From assembly GCA_001661245.1 (NCBI GenBank), contig KV454014.1, positions 1,146,892-1,194,144 of the forward strand: a stretch of 47,253 nt of DNA. The letters are read 5' to 3'. Made by a program: the position numbers and the translations under genes. This DNA is from Pachysolen tannophilus NRRL Y-2460 (Eukaryota). The notes beneath the pieces were generated by a model. It saw only the letters and a program-made list of their open reading frames with translations. It had not been told where the DNA came from and searched no databases. Positions within the stretch are counted from its first letter, which is position 1. Each line of letters begins with the position of its first letter. Shown here piece by piece: positions 22,792-34,007 of the stretch.

Positions 22792-25700
22792 TCATTCACT
22801 TTCATCATCATCATTATCATCATCATTATCTGGATTTGCAATAAACAACTTCAATTTATTGTCATTACCAGGCATGTAGCTTACAACACTTTCTTTCCGC
22901 CTAATACCGGACGTGTTACTCTCAATCTCACTAGTACTAATAGCATCATCTAAATCATCAAAATTAGTAGGGTGATGACTTTGTAATTGGGTGACCAAGT
23001 CGTCATCGTAAAAAAGATCATTACCCTCATTATTAATATCGGCCGAAGACGTTTTATATTTCAATAACATTCCACTGTTATTCTGTTGGCTACTCGAAGA
23101 ATCCAGGGAGTTGGAATTAACTGAATTTAATTCGGAAGTGATTGCAGGGTTAACAAATCCCGATAACTGAGTATGAGCTAAAGCATTACCTCCGTTTCCA
23201 GCAGACATGGAAGCTTCTCCATTATCTGCTTCTTCGTCAATCTCACTTGATAACAATCTCGGTTTCAAATTCCCGTGCTTGATATCGCTACTAGTCATGA
23301 CACCCTTCTTGAATAAAGACATCGATCCTCCTACCGATTTATAGTATCTCGAAGATGGAGTATTTATTGATAGCGGTGAAAGTTTCTTCTTTTGAGATTC
23401 CGGCCTTATAGCAAGTGGTAAACCCCATTTTGACGATGGTGCATTACTGTAAGCAGTTCCGGCTTTTCTTCTAATGGCCATGATATAAGCAGACTTCTTA
23501 CCTTCTCCTGGATGAACTACCAGCTTTGGAACTACTTTGCGCGTATCTGATCTTCCAGCTTCAGCATTAGTATTAACTTTGTCAGAATTAGAAGCAATTG
23601 GATCGCAATGAGTGGGAGGAACGACCGAATTTATACTGAAATTGGTTGAAGTTTTTGGTGATAACACTGGTTGGGGCAATTCATCTTGCTGAATCGGCGC
23701 GTTGTCAACAAATATAGTTTGTTGTGGTTTACTTACCGATAATGACCTCCCTGTTCTTCCTGTGACTGGCACATCTGGAGGTTCTCTTCTGACTTTCCTT
23801 TTAGGAGTGGTCGACGTAATAGGCTGTTGAATAGAAGGTAATATTAGTTCCTGAGACAAGTCTCGATGCATCTCGTTATCATCCATTGTCGGATATGGTT
23901 CTACGTTTCCCAACATGGAACTCTTCAGATCTGAATAAGAAACTGGAGCCACTGTAACCTCTTCTCTTCTGTCATAGGCATCAGCAAATTGCTGCCCCTC
24001 ATTTGGAGTTATCACGGATGAACTCGATAGCTTTCTAGGTTGTTGATCTGATTTCGAAATAGCAGCAGGAACTTCTAAATTTTGGTGTTTCTCGTTAAAT
24101 TCGTCTATGTCAACAGTTCCAAAATATGAATTTCTTGCATCAGCAACATTTTGGTCCAATTTTTTTTTGTATTCATCAGAATCCTCATCATCAGTTATAT
24201 TATTGGTTATTATCATTCTTTTCGGTGTCGTATCATCAGGTTGTTCAAATGGAGAGTAAAAGGGCGATCTTGCAGTAAATCTTAACTCATCATTGGCAGA
24301 ATCTTCATCTTCCAAATAAGGATTGACGCCATCATTATAGTAATCATTTTTATTTTCGGGTTGTCTATTTATTTTATTCTCATCAATTTCTTCATTTGAA
24401 TTATTATTAAGGTGAGGTGGTTGTATCGACGAACTGTCTAATTCAGGTTTGGTAACTGCATAGTAATTACTATTTATGTCAGCATTCCAAGGTGGCAAAG
24501 GGTCTGGATCATAAGGTATTTGGTCGTCAAAATTCGAGGGACTACCAGACTCTCTGTCAAATGTTGGCGACAGAAGATGAATTTTCAGAGCACCGACCTT
24601 ATTATCAATTGGTTCCTGATCGTTATTGAAATTAACGTTAACACATATTGAGCCTTTGTCGCTGATTTCATTATCAGAAGTGCCTTCTTGATCATCTATG
24701 AAAACCATGGAACTTCTTTGTTTCAAAGATTGCGGTGAATTTTCATAATCAAAGTGCCGATCAACTGGTTCATTACTTTCTTCAACGTTACTAAAAGAGG
24801 TGTCAATAGTATCCATTATATAAGGAGAAACCTCAAATGCATCAATATCGACAACATTGATATCATCGTTATCAGTATTATTATTAGGATGATCTGAATC
24901 AATTTCCTTTCCATCTTTTTTATTCTGTTCCAAGCCATCATCAACATCAAAGTACTCATCATCAGAGACGGTATTGGAAAGACTAAGGTTATTAGTATTA
25001 GCTGTTGTAAAAGTGGTAGAATTTTGTTTGTCATCTCTCCCCTTGTCAGCTGTTTGCAAATCAGTTTTCAAAATTTTTAAATTGTGTTGGGGTTGAGCGC
25101 CAATTTTTTCGGTTTCATCATTTGAGTTCCCAACAATTGAATGTAAATCAATAAATGCCAAATCCTTTCTATTTATTGTAAATAAGTTTAAGTTGTCATT
25201 TTTTTGTTTATTACCATAATCTTCGTTGGTTTCTTCCCTTATGAGTTCAGTGGGTTGAAATTGTGAATCTTCTTCTAATTTATTAGTATTGAAATTAGAC
25301 TCTGTCACAAGTGACGAGTCTCTACTGTGAGATAAAAATTGGTCAACTTTTTTGTTCAAGCTTTGGTTTCTTTTCAATAAAGTACTTAATTTTTCAGTTT
25401 CTTCGTCTTCTTGTTTTACAGTTTCAGTATTGTATGCGAGTTTGCTACCATTAGCATTGCCATTACCATTAGCATTTATTTGGTCACTGCTACTATTATT
25501 ACTATCGATTTTCCTTTTTTCTGCATTTGATGTAGAGATTGGAGAATATACGCTTGATGTAAGTGTCACTGGAGTCGCTAAAGAGTGTACATTTGCAGAT
25601 GGCAGTGATGATTCATTATCTAGGGATGTCTTCAATTTGCTTAAATGTGGTTGTTGTTGTTTTTGTTGTAGTTGTTGTTGTTGCTTTTCTGCTGCTTCTG

Positions 25701-26319
25701 TTTCCGATGGAGGTGGAGGTGGTTTTCTTCTCAACGTTTTCCTTGTAACAATAGATCCATTAATTGTCGCTGGAGGTGCTACCACCAGTGAAGGAATACT
25801 CTTCAGCACTGCATCTGCGGCAAGACTTTGATCTTGTCGCTGAGGTTTCTGCTGTTGCAAAGAAGATAAAGACAGTGGTTCCTTTGGTTCCTTTGGTTCC
25901 TGTGGTTCTTGTGGTATTGGCGCTACTGACGCTACTGGCGCTACTGGCGCTATTGATGCTACTTGCAGAACCTGCGGTGAGTGTTGTTGAGATACTGGTT
26001 GCGGCGAGGGCGACGCCACTGGTGAACGCGCAGCCAGCTGCGATAACGTACTCATATCACTTCCCGGGAAACCCCCCAAGCTCGACTGTGGTAACGTAGG
26101 AATATTATTCAACAAACTTGCACTTGACAAATTACTCTTCAAATCCCTAGAACTCAATTTCTCTGATGAAACTCCAGCACCATCCTTGGGTATTACTATC
26201 GTCCTCTTATGATTGTTTCCCTGGTTATGTGAATGAGCCTCTTGTTTATGTGCATTATTAGACCCAAATCCAAAAGAATTGAGCATAGAGGCCCTTTTTC
26301 TATGTTCCTTATTTGTCAT
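22792..26319 (-). CDS. Large, mostly disordered protein of unknown function (1175 aa)
   Basis: Long ATG-initiated ORF rich in S/N/D/Q/P; RRKPPPPP motif; C-terminal LKLFIANPD. No family recognised. Confidence 0.8.
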   Translation of the reverse strand: MTNKEHRKRASMLNSFGFGSNNAHKQEAHSHNQGNNHKRTIVIPKDGAGVSSEKLSSRDLKSNLSSASLLNNIPTLPQSSLGGFPGSDMSTLSQLAARSPVASPSPQPVSQQHSPQVLQVASIAPVAPVASVAPIPQEPQEPKEPKEPLSLSSLQQQKPQRQDQSLAADAVLKSIPSLVVAPPATINGSIVTRKTLRRKPPPPPSETEAAEKQQQQLQQKQQQPHLSKLKTSLDNESSLPSANVHSLATPVTLTSSVYSPISTSNAEKRKIDSNNSSSDQINANGNGNANGSKLAYNTETVKQEDEETEKLSTLLKRNQSLNKKVDQFLSHSRDSSLVTESNFNTNKLEEDSQFQPTELIREETNEDYGNKQKNDNLNLFTINRKDLAFIDLHSIVGNSNDETEKIGAQPQHNLKILKTDLQTADKGRDDKQNSTTFTTANTNNLSLSNTVSDDEYFDVDDGLEQNKKDGKEIDSDHPNNNTDNDDINVVDIDAFEVSPYIMDTIDTSFSNVEESNEPVDRHFDYENSPQSLKQRSSMVFIDDQEGTSDNEISDKGSICVNVNFNNDQEPIDNKVGALKIHLLSPTFDRESGSPSNFDDQIPYDPDPLPPWNADINSNYYAVTKPELDSSSIQPPHLNNNSNEEIDENKINRQPENKNDYYNDGVNPYLEDEDSANDELRFTARSPFYSPFEQPDDTTPKRMIITNNITDDEDSDEYKKKLDQNVADARNSYFGTVDIDEFNEKHQNLEVPAAISKSDQQPRKLSSSSVITPNEGQQFADAYDRREEVTVAPVSYSDLKSSMLGNVEPYPTMDDNEMHRDLSQELILPSIQQPITSTTPKRKVRREPPDVPVTGRTGRSLSVSKPQQTIFVDNAPIQQDELPQPVLSPKTSTNFSINSVVPPTHCDPIASNSDKVNTNAEAGRSDTRKVVPKLVVHPGEGKKSAYIMAIRRKAGTAYSNAPSSKWGLPLAIRPESQKKKLSPLSINTPSSRYYKSVGGSMSLFKKGVMTSSDIKHGNLKPRLLSSEIDEEADNGEASMSAGNGGNALAHTQLSGFVNPAITSELNSVNSNSLDSSSSQQNNSGMLLKYKTSSADINNEGNDLFYDDDLVTQLQSHHPTNFDDLDDAISTSEIESNTSGIRRKESVVSYMPGNDNKLKLFIANPDNDDDNDDDESE

Positions 26320-27056
26320 AGCGCTAACTCAACTTAATGATGCGACAATGATAGAAAAAAAAAATAAAAAAAAAAATTAGAACAAGAAATTGATCTATAA
26401 CTGTTTAGTATCTATTCTCTATTATTTCCCACCACTAATAACTTAAGCGCCCTACTGATTAAATATTTATTTAAAAATATCGATTTAATTATAGTGATTA
26501 ACTATTTTCCTATATTTCTAAAATGTTAATAAATAACGGATTCACGCCCATATATATTTTGATTGATTGTTCTTGTCTTGTTAAATGAGCAATAGAAGAG
26601 TAGTGTGGGAGATTATCAAAAAAATATATATATAGATATATTTTGTATAAGAAAAAGTTAAAGGGCAAGAAGATGATGAGATAGCAGCTCTAGTTGATCT
26701 CTTGAATTAATAATATTAAAATACCAATTAGTCTACAATTATTGACTAGATGGTTTGGATTTATTATTTAGAGGCTGATATGATACTTTAAACAAGAAAG
26801 AGAATTTACAAAGAAGATTGATTTGATTTTAAAGCATTTATCTTTTTCTTTCTTTGTTATTGTTTTCTAACCGCTGTTAATAGGTTTCTAGCTGGTTTCT
26901 GGATTAATAGGGTAACTTTTCATTTATTAGGAAAAAAAAAAATTTTTTAAAATTTTTTTTTAGCTCACATATTAAAGCTAAATAGTAGTAGATATATACA
27001 TTTATATATTTATCTATCTATCTATATATATATATATACAAATTGAGAGAGAGGAA

Positions 27057-27521
27057 ATGGCAAAGAAAGAAAAGTCCTCAAAAGAGGAATCTGAAGTAGA
27101 TAATTATGAGAAAAGACTTCCAGCGGTTTTACCATTTGCAAGACCATTGGCTCCTAAAAAATTAAATAAGAAAGTTTTAAAAACTGTTAAGAAAGCATCA
27201 AAGGCTAAACATGTTAAGAGAGGTGTTAAAGAAGTGGTAAAAGCTTTAAGAAAAGGTGAAAAAGGTTTGGTTATAGTTGCAGGAGATATCTCGCCACCAG
27301 ATGTTATTTCTCATTTACCTGTTTTATGTGAAGATAATGGAGTTCCATATATTTTCTTACCTTCAAAAGAAGATTTAGGTTCTGCTGGAGCGACAAAGAG
27401 ACCAACTTCATGTGTCATGATTGTTCCAAATGGAGGAAAAAGTAAGAAAGCAGACTCCAAAACTGCAGAAGAGTATAGGGAAAACTTTGATGAGATAGTA
27501 AAGGAAATTCCAAGCTTATAA
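27057..27521 (+). CDS. NHP2: H/ACA snoRNP subunit Nhp2 (L7Ae family)
   Basis: VLPFARPLAPKKLNKKVLKTVKKASKAKHVKRGVKEVVKALRKGEKG, AGDISPPDVISHLPVLCED, DLGSAGATKRPTS. Confidence 0.96.
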   Translation: MAKKEKSSKEESEVDNYEKRLPAVLPFARPLAPKKLNKKVLKTVKKASKAKHVKRGVKEVVKALRKGEKGLVIVAGDISPPDVISHLPVLCEDNGVPYIFLPSKEDLGSAGATKRPTSCVMIVPNGGKSKKADSKTAEEYRENFDEIVKEIPSL

Positions 27522-27821
27522 AATTATAAAATGAAATTACTTGAGGCTTAATGAACAATGTCTTTTTTTTTTTGTTTCTTTTTTTCTTCTTTTCTCTGTT
27601 TTTATTTTCTGTTGTTGTCTTAGTTTTGGTTTTATGGTCATTCTTAGTTAGGTAAGGTTTCAGTTTCTATTGAATGCTGAATTAAAGAATAACTAACTGT
27701 TAATTGTAATTAGCTTCTTTCTATTTATAATTGTCCTCTATATATTAAAAACGTTTTTTTTTTTTTGTTTTTTTTTTAATACACCTACAAACAAATAAAT
27801 AGTTAATTTTTATTGAATCTT

Positions 27822-29903
27822 TTAGTTGGAAGTCCCTGCCAATTCAGCTTTAACCCATCCTTCTAATCCACCTTTAATGATAATGTCTTGTAAATTCGTA
27901 CCTAGTTCACCAACTTTTTGTTTCAATACAACTTCACCAGTTTCACCACTAGTAACAAATACTGTAGCCTTTTTAACATCATACTTCAAAAACCATCCTG
28001 TTCTTCTGGTTAATTCTTTTGGTTCCGATTTATATTTTTCTCTCAACATATCAATTAATTGAGGAATTTCTAAAGTTAATAATGCATTATTAATAGAATT
28101 TCTTGAAAAAATATTACCAAATGAACCAGCAACTACTAATTTCATATCTCTTGCTAATATTGCAGTGGCAGCTTGTTCTCTAGATGAGCCTGTTCCAAAA
28201 TTATAACCAGAAACAATAATATCGCCAGGTTTTGTCTTGCTTCCAAATTCTGAATCATAATTTTCCATACAAACTTCTGCCATCTTGGATCTTGGTACAT
28301 CATCCTGGTAAGTATATTTACCTGGGTAAATACCATCGGTATTAATATTATCAGCATCACACAAGATTAATTCACCTTCAATTGATTCTGGGAAACCTTC
28401 CAAGACTTCAACAGTTGAAGAACTTGAGTCTTCATCAGCACCAGATGGCTTCTCATGAATTATGACTTCTTTAACAATTTCTTTAACTTCTTTCAAAGGT
28501 TCTCCCAAGACTTCTTCAGGCGCTGCAATTTTACCCATTACAGCAGATGCTGCAACAATCTCTGGTGAAGCCAAAAATGCCAAAGCATCTTTACTTCCCA
28601 TTCTTCCCTTGAAATTTCTATTTGTTGCCGAAATACCAATTTCTCCCGGTTCTAATAAACCTGCACCTAAACCTATACAAGGTCCACAACCAGCAGGTAA
28701 AGGAATACCACCAGCATCAATTAAAGTCTGCCACGCACCAATGGATTCAGCATCTTTTTGAACTAAACTTGAAGCAGCGGCAACATAAAATTCCACTCCT
28801 GGTGCAACTTTCTTACCCTTAATAACATCTGCTGCTGCCTTTATATCACTCAATCTGGAATTTGTACAAGAGACTAAATAAGCCTTATTAATTTTCATGT
28901 TTTTCTTGGATAATTCAGCTAATGGGTTTGAAATCTTGACTGAGTTAGGTCCTGAGACATATGGTGATAATGATGATAAATCTATTTTCAAAGTTTTTGC
29001 ATAAAATGCATCAGAATCAGCAATTACTGGTGAATCGATTAATTTTTGTACTGTCTCCTTATTGATACGTGGATGATTTGGTCCAATTTTTTCTAATCTA
29101 TCACGATACCATTTAAAAACGGTATTATCAACTGGGAACAATCCAGATAAGGCACCCCATTCAGTAGTCATGTTGGCAATTGTTAATCTATAATCAATTG
29201 GAATTGATTCCAAATCATCTCCAACAAATTCAATTGCATGATTTAAAACTTCATCATTATTAAATATCCCACATAATGAAACAATAACATCTTTACCTGT
29301 AACTCCTTTCGGTAATTTACCAATTAATTCTACTCTTGCAATAGGAGGTATCTGCCACCAAGTTTGGCCTGTTGCCCATATTGAAGCAGCATCCGTTCTG
29401 ACTATAGGTGTACCTAATGAACCAATACCACCATAAGTATTAGAATGTGAATCAGAAGCAACCGTTAAATTTGAAGGAAAAGCATACCCTTCTTCGATCA
29501 TGATTTGATGGCCAATACCTCTACCAGCAGGATAAAAATCAACTCCTTGTTTTGTAGCAAAGTCTTGAATATTTTTATACTTTGTCAAATTTTTTTCTGT
29601 TTTATTTTGTACATCATGATCTAACGTATTCACAATTTGTCTATTATCCTTCACTTTCGAAGCACCAAGACCCATGAATTTCAACGCTATAGGCCACGAA
29701 TTATCATGAGACATCACATGTGCTGGCTTAATACTAACATAATCACCACTTTTAACTAGTTTGCCTTCAGGTAGTCCAACAGCATATTTTTGTACAATCT
29801 TTTCAGTCAAATTCTGTCCTGCAAATAACAACGGTGTCGAGGACAAATATCTCTTAATAGACCCTCTCGTAGCAAATGCCCTTCTGTTCTTAATGACAAA
29901 CAT
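27822..29903 (-). CDS. LYS4: Mitochondrial homoaconitase (lysine biosynthesis)
   Basis: [34 protein letters not shown], Fe-S ligand motifs VSCTNSR and [25 protein letters not shown]. First ATG is 29903. Confidence 0.95.
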   Translation of the reverse strand: MFVIKNRRAFATRGSIKRYLSSTPLLFAGQNLTEKIVQKYAVGLPEGKLVKSGDYVSIKPAHVMSHDNSWPIALKFMGLGASKVKDNRQIVNTLDHDVQNKTEKNLTKYKNIQDFATKQGVDFYPAGRGIGHQIMIEEGYAFPSNLTVASDSHSNTYGGIGSLGTPIVRTDAASIWATGQTWWQIPPIARVELIGKLPKGVTGKDVIVSLCGIFNNDEVLNHAIEFVGDDLESIPIDYRLTIANMTTEWGALSGLFPVDNTVFKWYRDRLEKIGPNHPRINKETVQKLIDSPVIADSDAFYAKTLKIDLSSLSPYVSGPNSVKISNPLAELSKKNMKINKAYLVSCTNSRLSDIKAAADVIKGKKVAPGVEFYVAAASSLVQKDAESIGAWQTLIDAGGIPLPAGCGPCIGLGAGLLEPGEIGISATNRNFKGRMGSKDALAFLASPEIVAASAVMGKIAAPEEVLGEPLKEVKEIVKEVIIHEKPSGADEDSSSSTVEVLEGFPESIEGELILCDADNINTDGIYPGKYTYQDDVPRSKMAEVCMENYDSEFGSKTKPGDIIVSGYNFGTGSSREQAATAILARDMKLVVAGSFGNIFSRNSINNALLTLEIPQLIDMLREKYKSEPKELTRRTGWFLKYDVKKATVFVTSGETGEVVLKQKVGELGTNLQDIIIKGGLEGWVKAELAGTSN

Positions 29904-30209
29904 CCTACTACCAAATATTCTTTTGAACAAGAAATAAATATATAAAATAAATAAATAAATAAATGAAAAAACTTTTAATACTATTCAATTATGATTCAGA
30001 CCCAAAATATATGGAGACATGATTATGTGAAAAAGTTTGTCAGGGCCGCTTACAGGACGCAAGTTATCAATTTTTTTTTTTTCGTCCTTCAGCGAATTAT
30101 AACTAACAATTTACTAATAGCCACAAACAGTAGTGCACATTAGTTTAAAAAAATCAAAAATCAAGTAGCATTAGCCTCAAGTATAAATTTGGATAAATGT
30201 GTGGCTAAT

Positions 30210-30242
30210 CTCATCTTCTGTGGCTAAGTTAAAAATTTTTCA
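30210..30242. promoter_or_regulatory. PAC core (CTCATC 30210-30215) and RRPE (AAAAATTTTTCA 30231-30242) upstream of RRS1
   Basis: Both motifs seen; they are the established ribosome-biogenesis regulon elements and RRS1 is a ribosome-biogenesis gene. Confidence 0.65.
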
Positions 30243-30358
30243 AATTTTTATCTAATAAAAAAAAAAATAAAAAAAAATTCTTATACTATTAGTTGGTATA
30301 TATATATATATATTTATAAATATTTATATATATATATTAGATATACCTCTATTGCAGA

Positions 30359-31057
30359 ATGTCCGAAGAAAACAACTTGTAAGTATTATTATTTTTTTTT
30401 ATTGTTAGATCATTTCATGAATATCAAAGTAAAGTATGCTAACGTTTTCCCATGCCACTTTTTTTCAGTAAACCTGTAACGGTAGAAAAACCAATACCTG
30501 TTTCATACGATTTGGGTAACTTGGCTGTATTCGATCCAAATCCATTAGATGGTACCAAGCTCACTGATGAAAAAGAATTGAATAAACATTTGGATGAAGT
30601 CACAAGGGATAATGCACAGTTATTAATCAATCAAATACTATCTTTACCTGTCAAGACAACAACTGAATCAAACTCATCTGATGGTGGTCAAAGTTCAACA
30701 ATAACATTGGTTCAACTTCCAGAACCATTAACCCCATTACCAAGAGAGAAATCTGTTCCAAAAGCAAAACTGCCGACCAAATGGGAGCAGTTTGCTGCCA
30801 AGAAAGGTATCAAAAAGAAGGGGAAAGAAGGGAAATTGGCTTATGATGAAGAAGTTGGTGAATGGACTCCTAAATGGGGGTATGGTGGCAAGAACAAAAA
30901 ACTTGATAATCAATGGTTAGTTGAAGTTGACGAAAAAGCTGAGGAAAAAGATGGTTTAATAGATCCTAGATCGTTGAACAGAGCTGAGAGAATGAAATTA
31001 ATTAAAAAAAATCAACTGCAACAGAAAAAAAATTTGAAAGCAGTTGAAAGGAAATAA
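30359..31057 (+). CDS. RRS1: Ribosome biogenesis regulator Rrs1; two exons, 30359-30378 and 30469-31057; 202 aa
   Basis: Spliced N-terminus MSEENNFKPVTVEKPIPVSYDLGNLAVFD; TRDNAQLLINQILSLP; LPREK..TKWEQFAAKKGI; WTPKWGY; QWLVEV. The track's start at 30452 lies inside the intron. Confidence 0.93.
30379..30468 (+). other. Spliceosomal intron (90 nt) in RRS1
   Basis: GTAAGT donor, TGCTAAC branch at 30437-30443, T-tract, CAG acceptor; the join TT|T is in frame. Confidence 0.88.
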
Positions 31058-31357
31058 TTCCAACCTTATATACTATTTGTACTTTTTTTTGCTAGCTTTT
31101 CACAAAGGTTTGTATAGTTCTAATATGAAAAAGTTTTACTTTACATATATAATATCCTTAAATATGTTTGTTTGTGTGTGTCCAAAAAAGTAGTGCGAAA
31201 ACGGCATACAACATTTTAAATGTTGTATTTGATTTAAGCGCTGATAGCAGAACTTGCTGATATCAGAACTTGTTAATTCTTAGTATAAATAGTTACAAGA
31301 TGGCAAGAAGTTTAGGTTTTATTCTTTCTTTATATGACTTTATTTTGTAATTGAATT

Positions 31358-33871
31358 ATGCTTAGTACGAGATCGGAAGCAATATCTAGGACATTAACTA
31401 GTAATTTTGATACCACTACGTTCAATTGTACTTCAAAGAGAACAGTTAATACTCAAGGTTCAATTTTAGGTAATAAGACGATATGTTCAGTTTTTATTTC
31501 TAAATCTGTGTCACCTGTTGTCGGTATTTGTTTTGTATTGGCTGATATTGGTGTTGTGCTATCAACAGAGATCAATGATTCGTTGACTTTGACAAGAACA
31601 GTAAATAAGATTCAAATATATAATCCAAACGAAATCTTGGTAGAAAGTTTATCCAACAAATTAGTCAATATAATTCAGTCAAATATTGATTGTAAAATAA
31701 CTCGTATCAATAAAAAATTCTTCAATAATGATTTAGAATTAATTAAAAAAAGTTCAATAAATCCAGAAAGGGATATTGAATTAAAAGATTATTACTTTGG
31801 TTTATGTGCTACAACAGGTGCAATTAATCATATGAAAGAAAAATATCCAAACTTTAATAAATTTAGAATTAAATATGAGCCTTGTGAAGCAACAATGTTT
31901 ATAGATAAAAAAACTATTAGAAGTTTGGAATTGGTGGAAAATCTAGTTGATCAAGGTCATGGAATCTCATTATTTAAATTTTTAAATTCAACAGTTACCA
32001 AGATGGGAGAACGTGTTCTTAGAAATAACATCTTACAACCTTTGACAGATGCAGAAAGTATCAAGTTAAGATTAGAGTCTGTTAAGGAATTAATATCAAA
32101 CACAAGTACGTTACTGGCACTAAGAGAATTAATGAAAAATTTTCAAGATACGGATAAGTTATTTAATTTATTGGTTTCAGTAAAGACTTCAACAAATAAT
32201 GATCAAAAAATCAATACTGTAATATTATTAAAGCAAGCTGTTGAAATTTCAATAAAGATTTCAAAGTTATTGGAAACTACAAGCTCTTCATTGCTTTTTG
32301 AAATAAAAAATATCTGTAAACATGGAGATATTTTAAAGATACAAGATTTGATAAACGAATATATTAATGAAGACTGTTCATGGGCTTTAACAACTTTAGA
32401 CTTGAGAAATCAAAAATGCTATGCTGTTAAAAGTGGTAGAAATGGATTATTAGATGTCAGTAGACAGCTATATCATAACATAATAGATGATATTATTCTG
32501 ATGGTTGATAGTTTGAGTGAAGAGTTCGAGTTAGATTTGGATTACAAATTTGATTCTACTAGAGGCTTTTATATGAGAATCAAATATTTCCAAGGTGATT
32601 TGAATGAATTACCGGAGGTTTTCATAAATAAAATCAGTAAAAAGGGAAAATTTATTGAATGTACCACATTAAATTTAATAAAAAGTAATTCAAGACTAAA
32701 TAGTACCTTACAAGAAATTATTTTAATGAGCGATCAGATAATTGAAGGTCTTTTGAATGAAGTCGGTAACTATATTTCAACCATGTTTATGCTATCTGAA
32801 GCAATTGCAATTTTGGACTTGTTGTGTTGTTTTGCATATAATGCTGATAATAGTTCAAATTATGTATGTCCTGAAATTGTTGATGAAGAAATGAAGATGG
32901 TTGTGAAACAAAGTAGACATCCTATCCTAGAAAAAAATTTAGTCACCAATAAGTTTATATCAAATGATATAATTTTATTATATGATACTTCAAGGTTGCA
33001 AATCTTAACAGGGGCTAATATGAGTGGTAAATCAGTTTATTTAAAACAGATAGCATTGTTATCGATAATGGCACAAATTGGTTCATTGGTGCCAGCTGAT
33101 TATGCGCTACTTCCTATTTTTGAAAATTTACATGCAAGGATCTGCAATGATAATTTTGAAGTAAACACTTCAACTTTTAGTGCAGAAATGGGTGAAATAT
33201 CTTACATTTTGAAAGAAATAAATTCTAAAAGTTTGTTAATAATCGACGAGTTGGGTAGAGGTTCCAGCTTAAGTGACGGGTTTTCTATTTCTTTGGCGAT
33301 TACAGAATCATTGATACCTGTTGGTTGCTCTTGTTTTATGTCAACTCATTTTACAGATATCCCTAAAATTTTACTGACAAGTCCAGGAGTTGTTCATTTG
33401 CATTTCAAAAGCGAATTAGATTATAATCAAAATGAACTAATTATGTATCACAAATTGATTTCTACAAATAATTTTGAAGTAAATACGTCAATAGCCGAAG
33501 GTTACGGTATATTGATGGTTCAAAAAATTTTACCATCAATAATAATTCAGGATGCAAAGATAATCTCTAAAAATTTGAAAAAAAGGAAAAATAATGATGA
33601 AGAAAGATTCAGAGAAAAATTAGTTGTACTTAAGAAGCAAAGAAGCATGTTAGATTTAGTACAGGTTTTGAAAATAAGTAAAGCTAAGAATCAGTTAGAT
33701 TTGAGTACTTTAAAATTAATTCAAGAACAATTTATTGAGAATTTTAAAAAATTGAATGAAGATAATTACCTGGAAGGTTTTTCATCCAGTCAAGTAGTAG
33801 AAGAAGTAGAAGAAGTAGTAGAAGAAGAAGATATTTACAATGATGAAAATGATGAATTAGAGAAATATTAA
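31358..33871 (+). CDS. MSH4: Meiotic MutS-gamma subunit Msh4
   Basis: TIRSLELVEN, TKMGERVLRNNILQP, NQKCYAVKSGRNGLLDVSR, Walker A TGANMSGKSVYLKQ, STFSAEM, Walker B IIDELGRGSS, STHF. No MutS mismatch-binding domain I is evident. Confidence 0.92.
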   Translation: MLSTRSEAISRTLTSNFDTTTFNCTSKRTVNTQGSILGNKTICSVFISKSVSPVVGICFVLADIGVVLSTEINDSLTLTRTVNKIQIYNPNEILVESLSNKLVNIIQSNIDCKITRINKKFFNNDLELIKKSSINPERDIELKDYYFGLCATTGAINHMKEKYPNFNKFRIKYEPCEATMFIDKKTIRSLELVENLVDQGHGISLFKFLNSTVTKMGERVLRNNILQPLTDAESIKLRLESVKELISNTSTLLALRELMKNFQDTDKLFNLLVSVKTSTNNDQKINTVILLKQAVEISIKISKLLETTSSSLLFEIKNICKHGDILKIQDLINEYINEDCSWALTTLDLRNQKCYAVKSGRNGLLDVSRQLYHNIIDDIILMVDSLSEEFELDLDYKFDSTRGFYMRIKYFQGDLNELPEVFINKISKKGKFIECTTLNLIKSNSRLNSTLQEIILMSDQIIEGLLNEVGNYISTMFMLSEAIAILDLLCCFAYNADNSSNYVCPEIVDEEMKMVVKQSRHPILEKNLVTNKFISNDIILLYDTSRLQILTGANMSGKSVYLKQIALLSIMAQIGSLVPADYALLPIFENLHARICNDNFEVNTSTFSAEMGEISYILKEINSKSLLIIDELGRGSSLSDGFSISLAITESLIPVGCSCFMSTHFTDIPKILLTSPGVVHLHFKSELDYNQNELIMYHKLISTNNFEVNTSIAEGYGILMVQKILPSIIIQDAKIISKNLKKRKNNDEERFREKLVVLKKQRSMLDLVQVLKISKAKNQLDLSTLKLIQEQFIENFKKLNEDNYLEGFSSSQVVEEVEEVVEEEDIYNDENDELEKY

Positions 33872-34007
33872 AAATTAAAAATTATTTAAATTATAAGATG
33901 ATTTGATAAAAATTAAGCAATTAGTCTATTAAATATAGTAAAGCAACAAAGCAAAAATTATGTTTTTTCTTTTTTTTTATTTTATTTTATTTCCACAATT
34001 ATAACGT

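Noticed and set aside
31300..31365. Possible upstream exon/intron for MSH4 (ATG at 31300)
   Set aside because: No canonical donor or branch point; it reads as a 16-codon upstream ORF of unknown significance.
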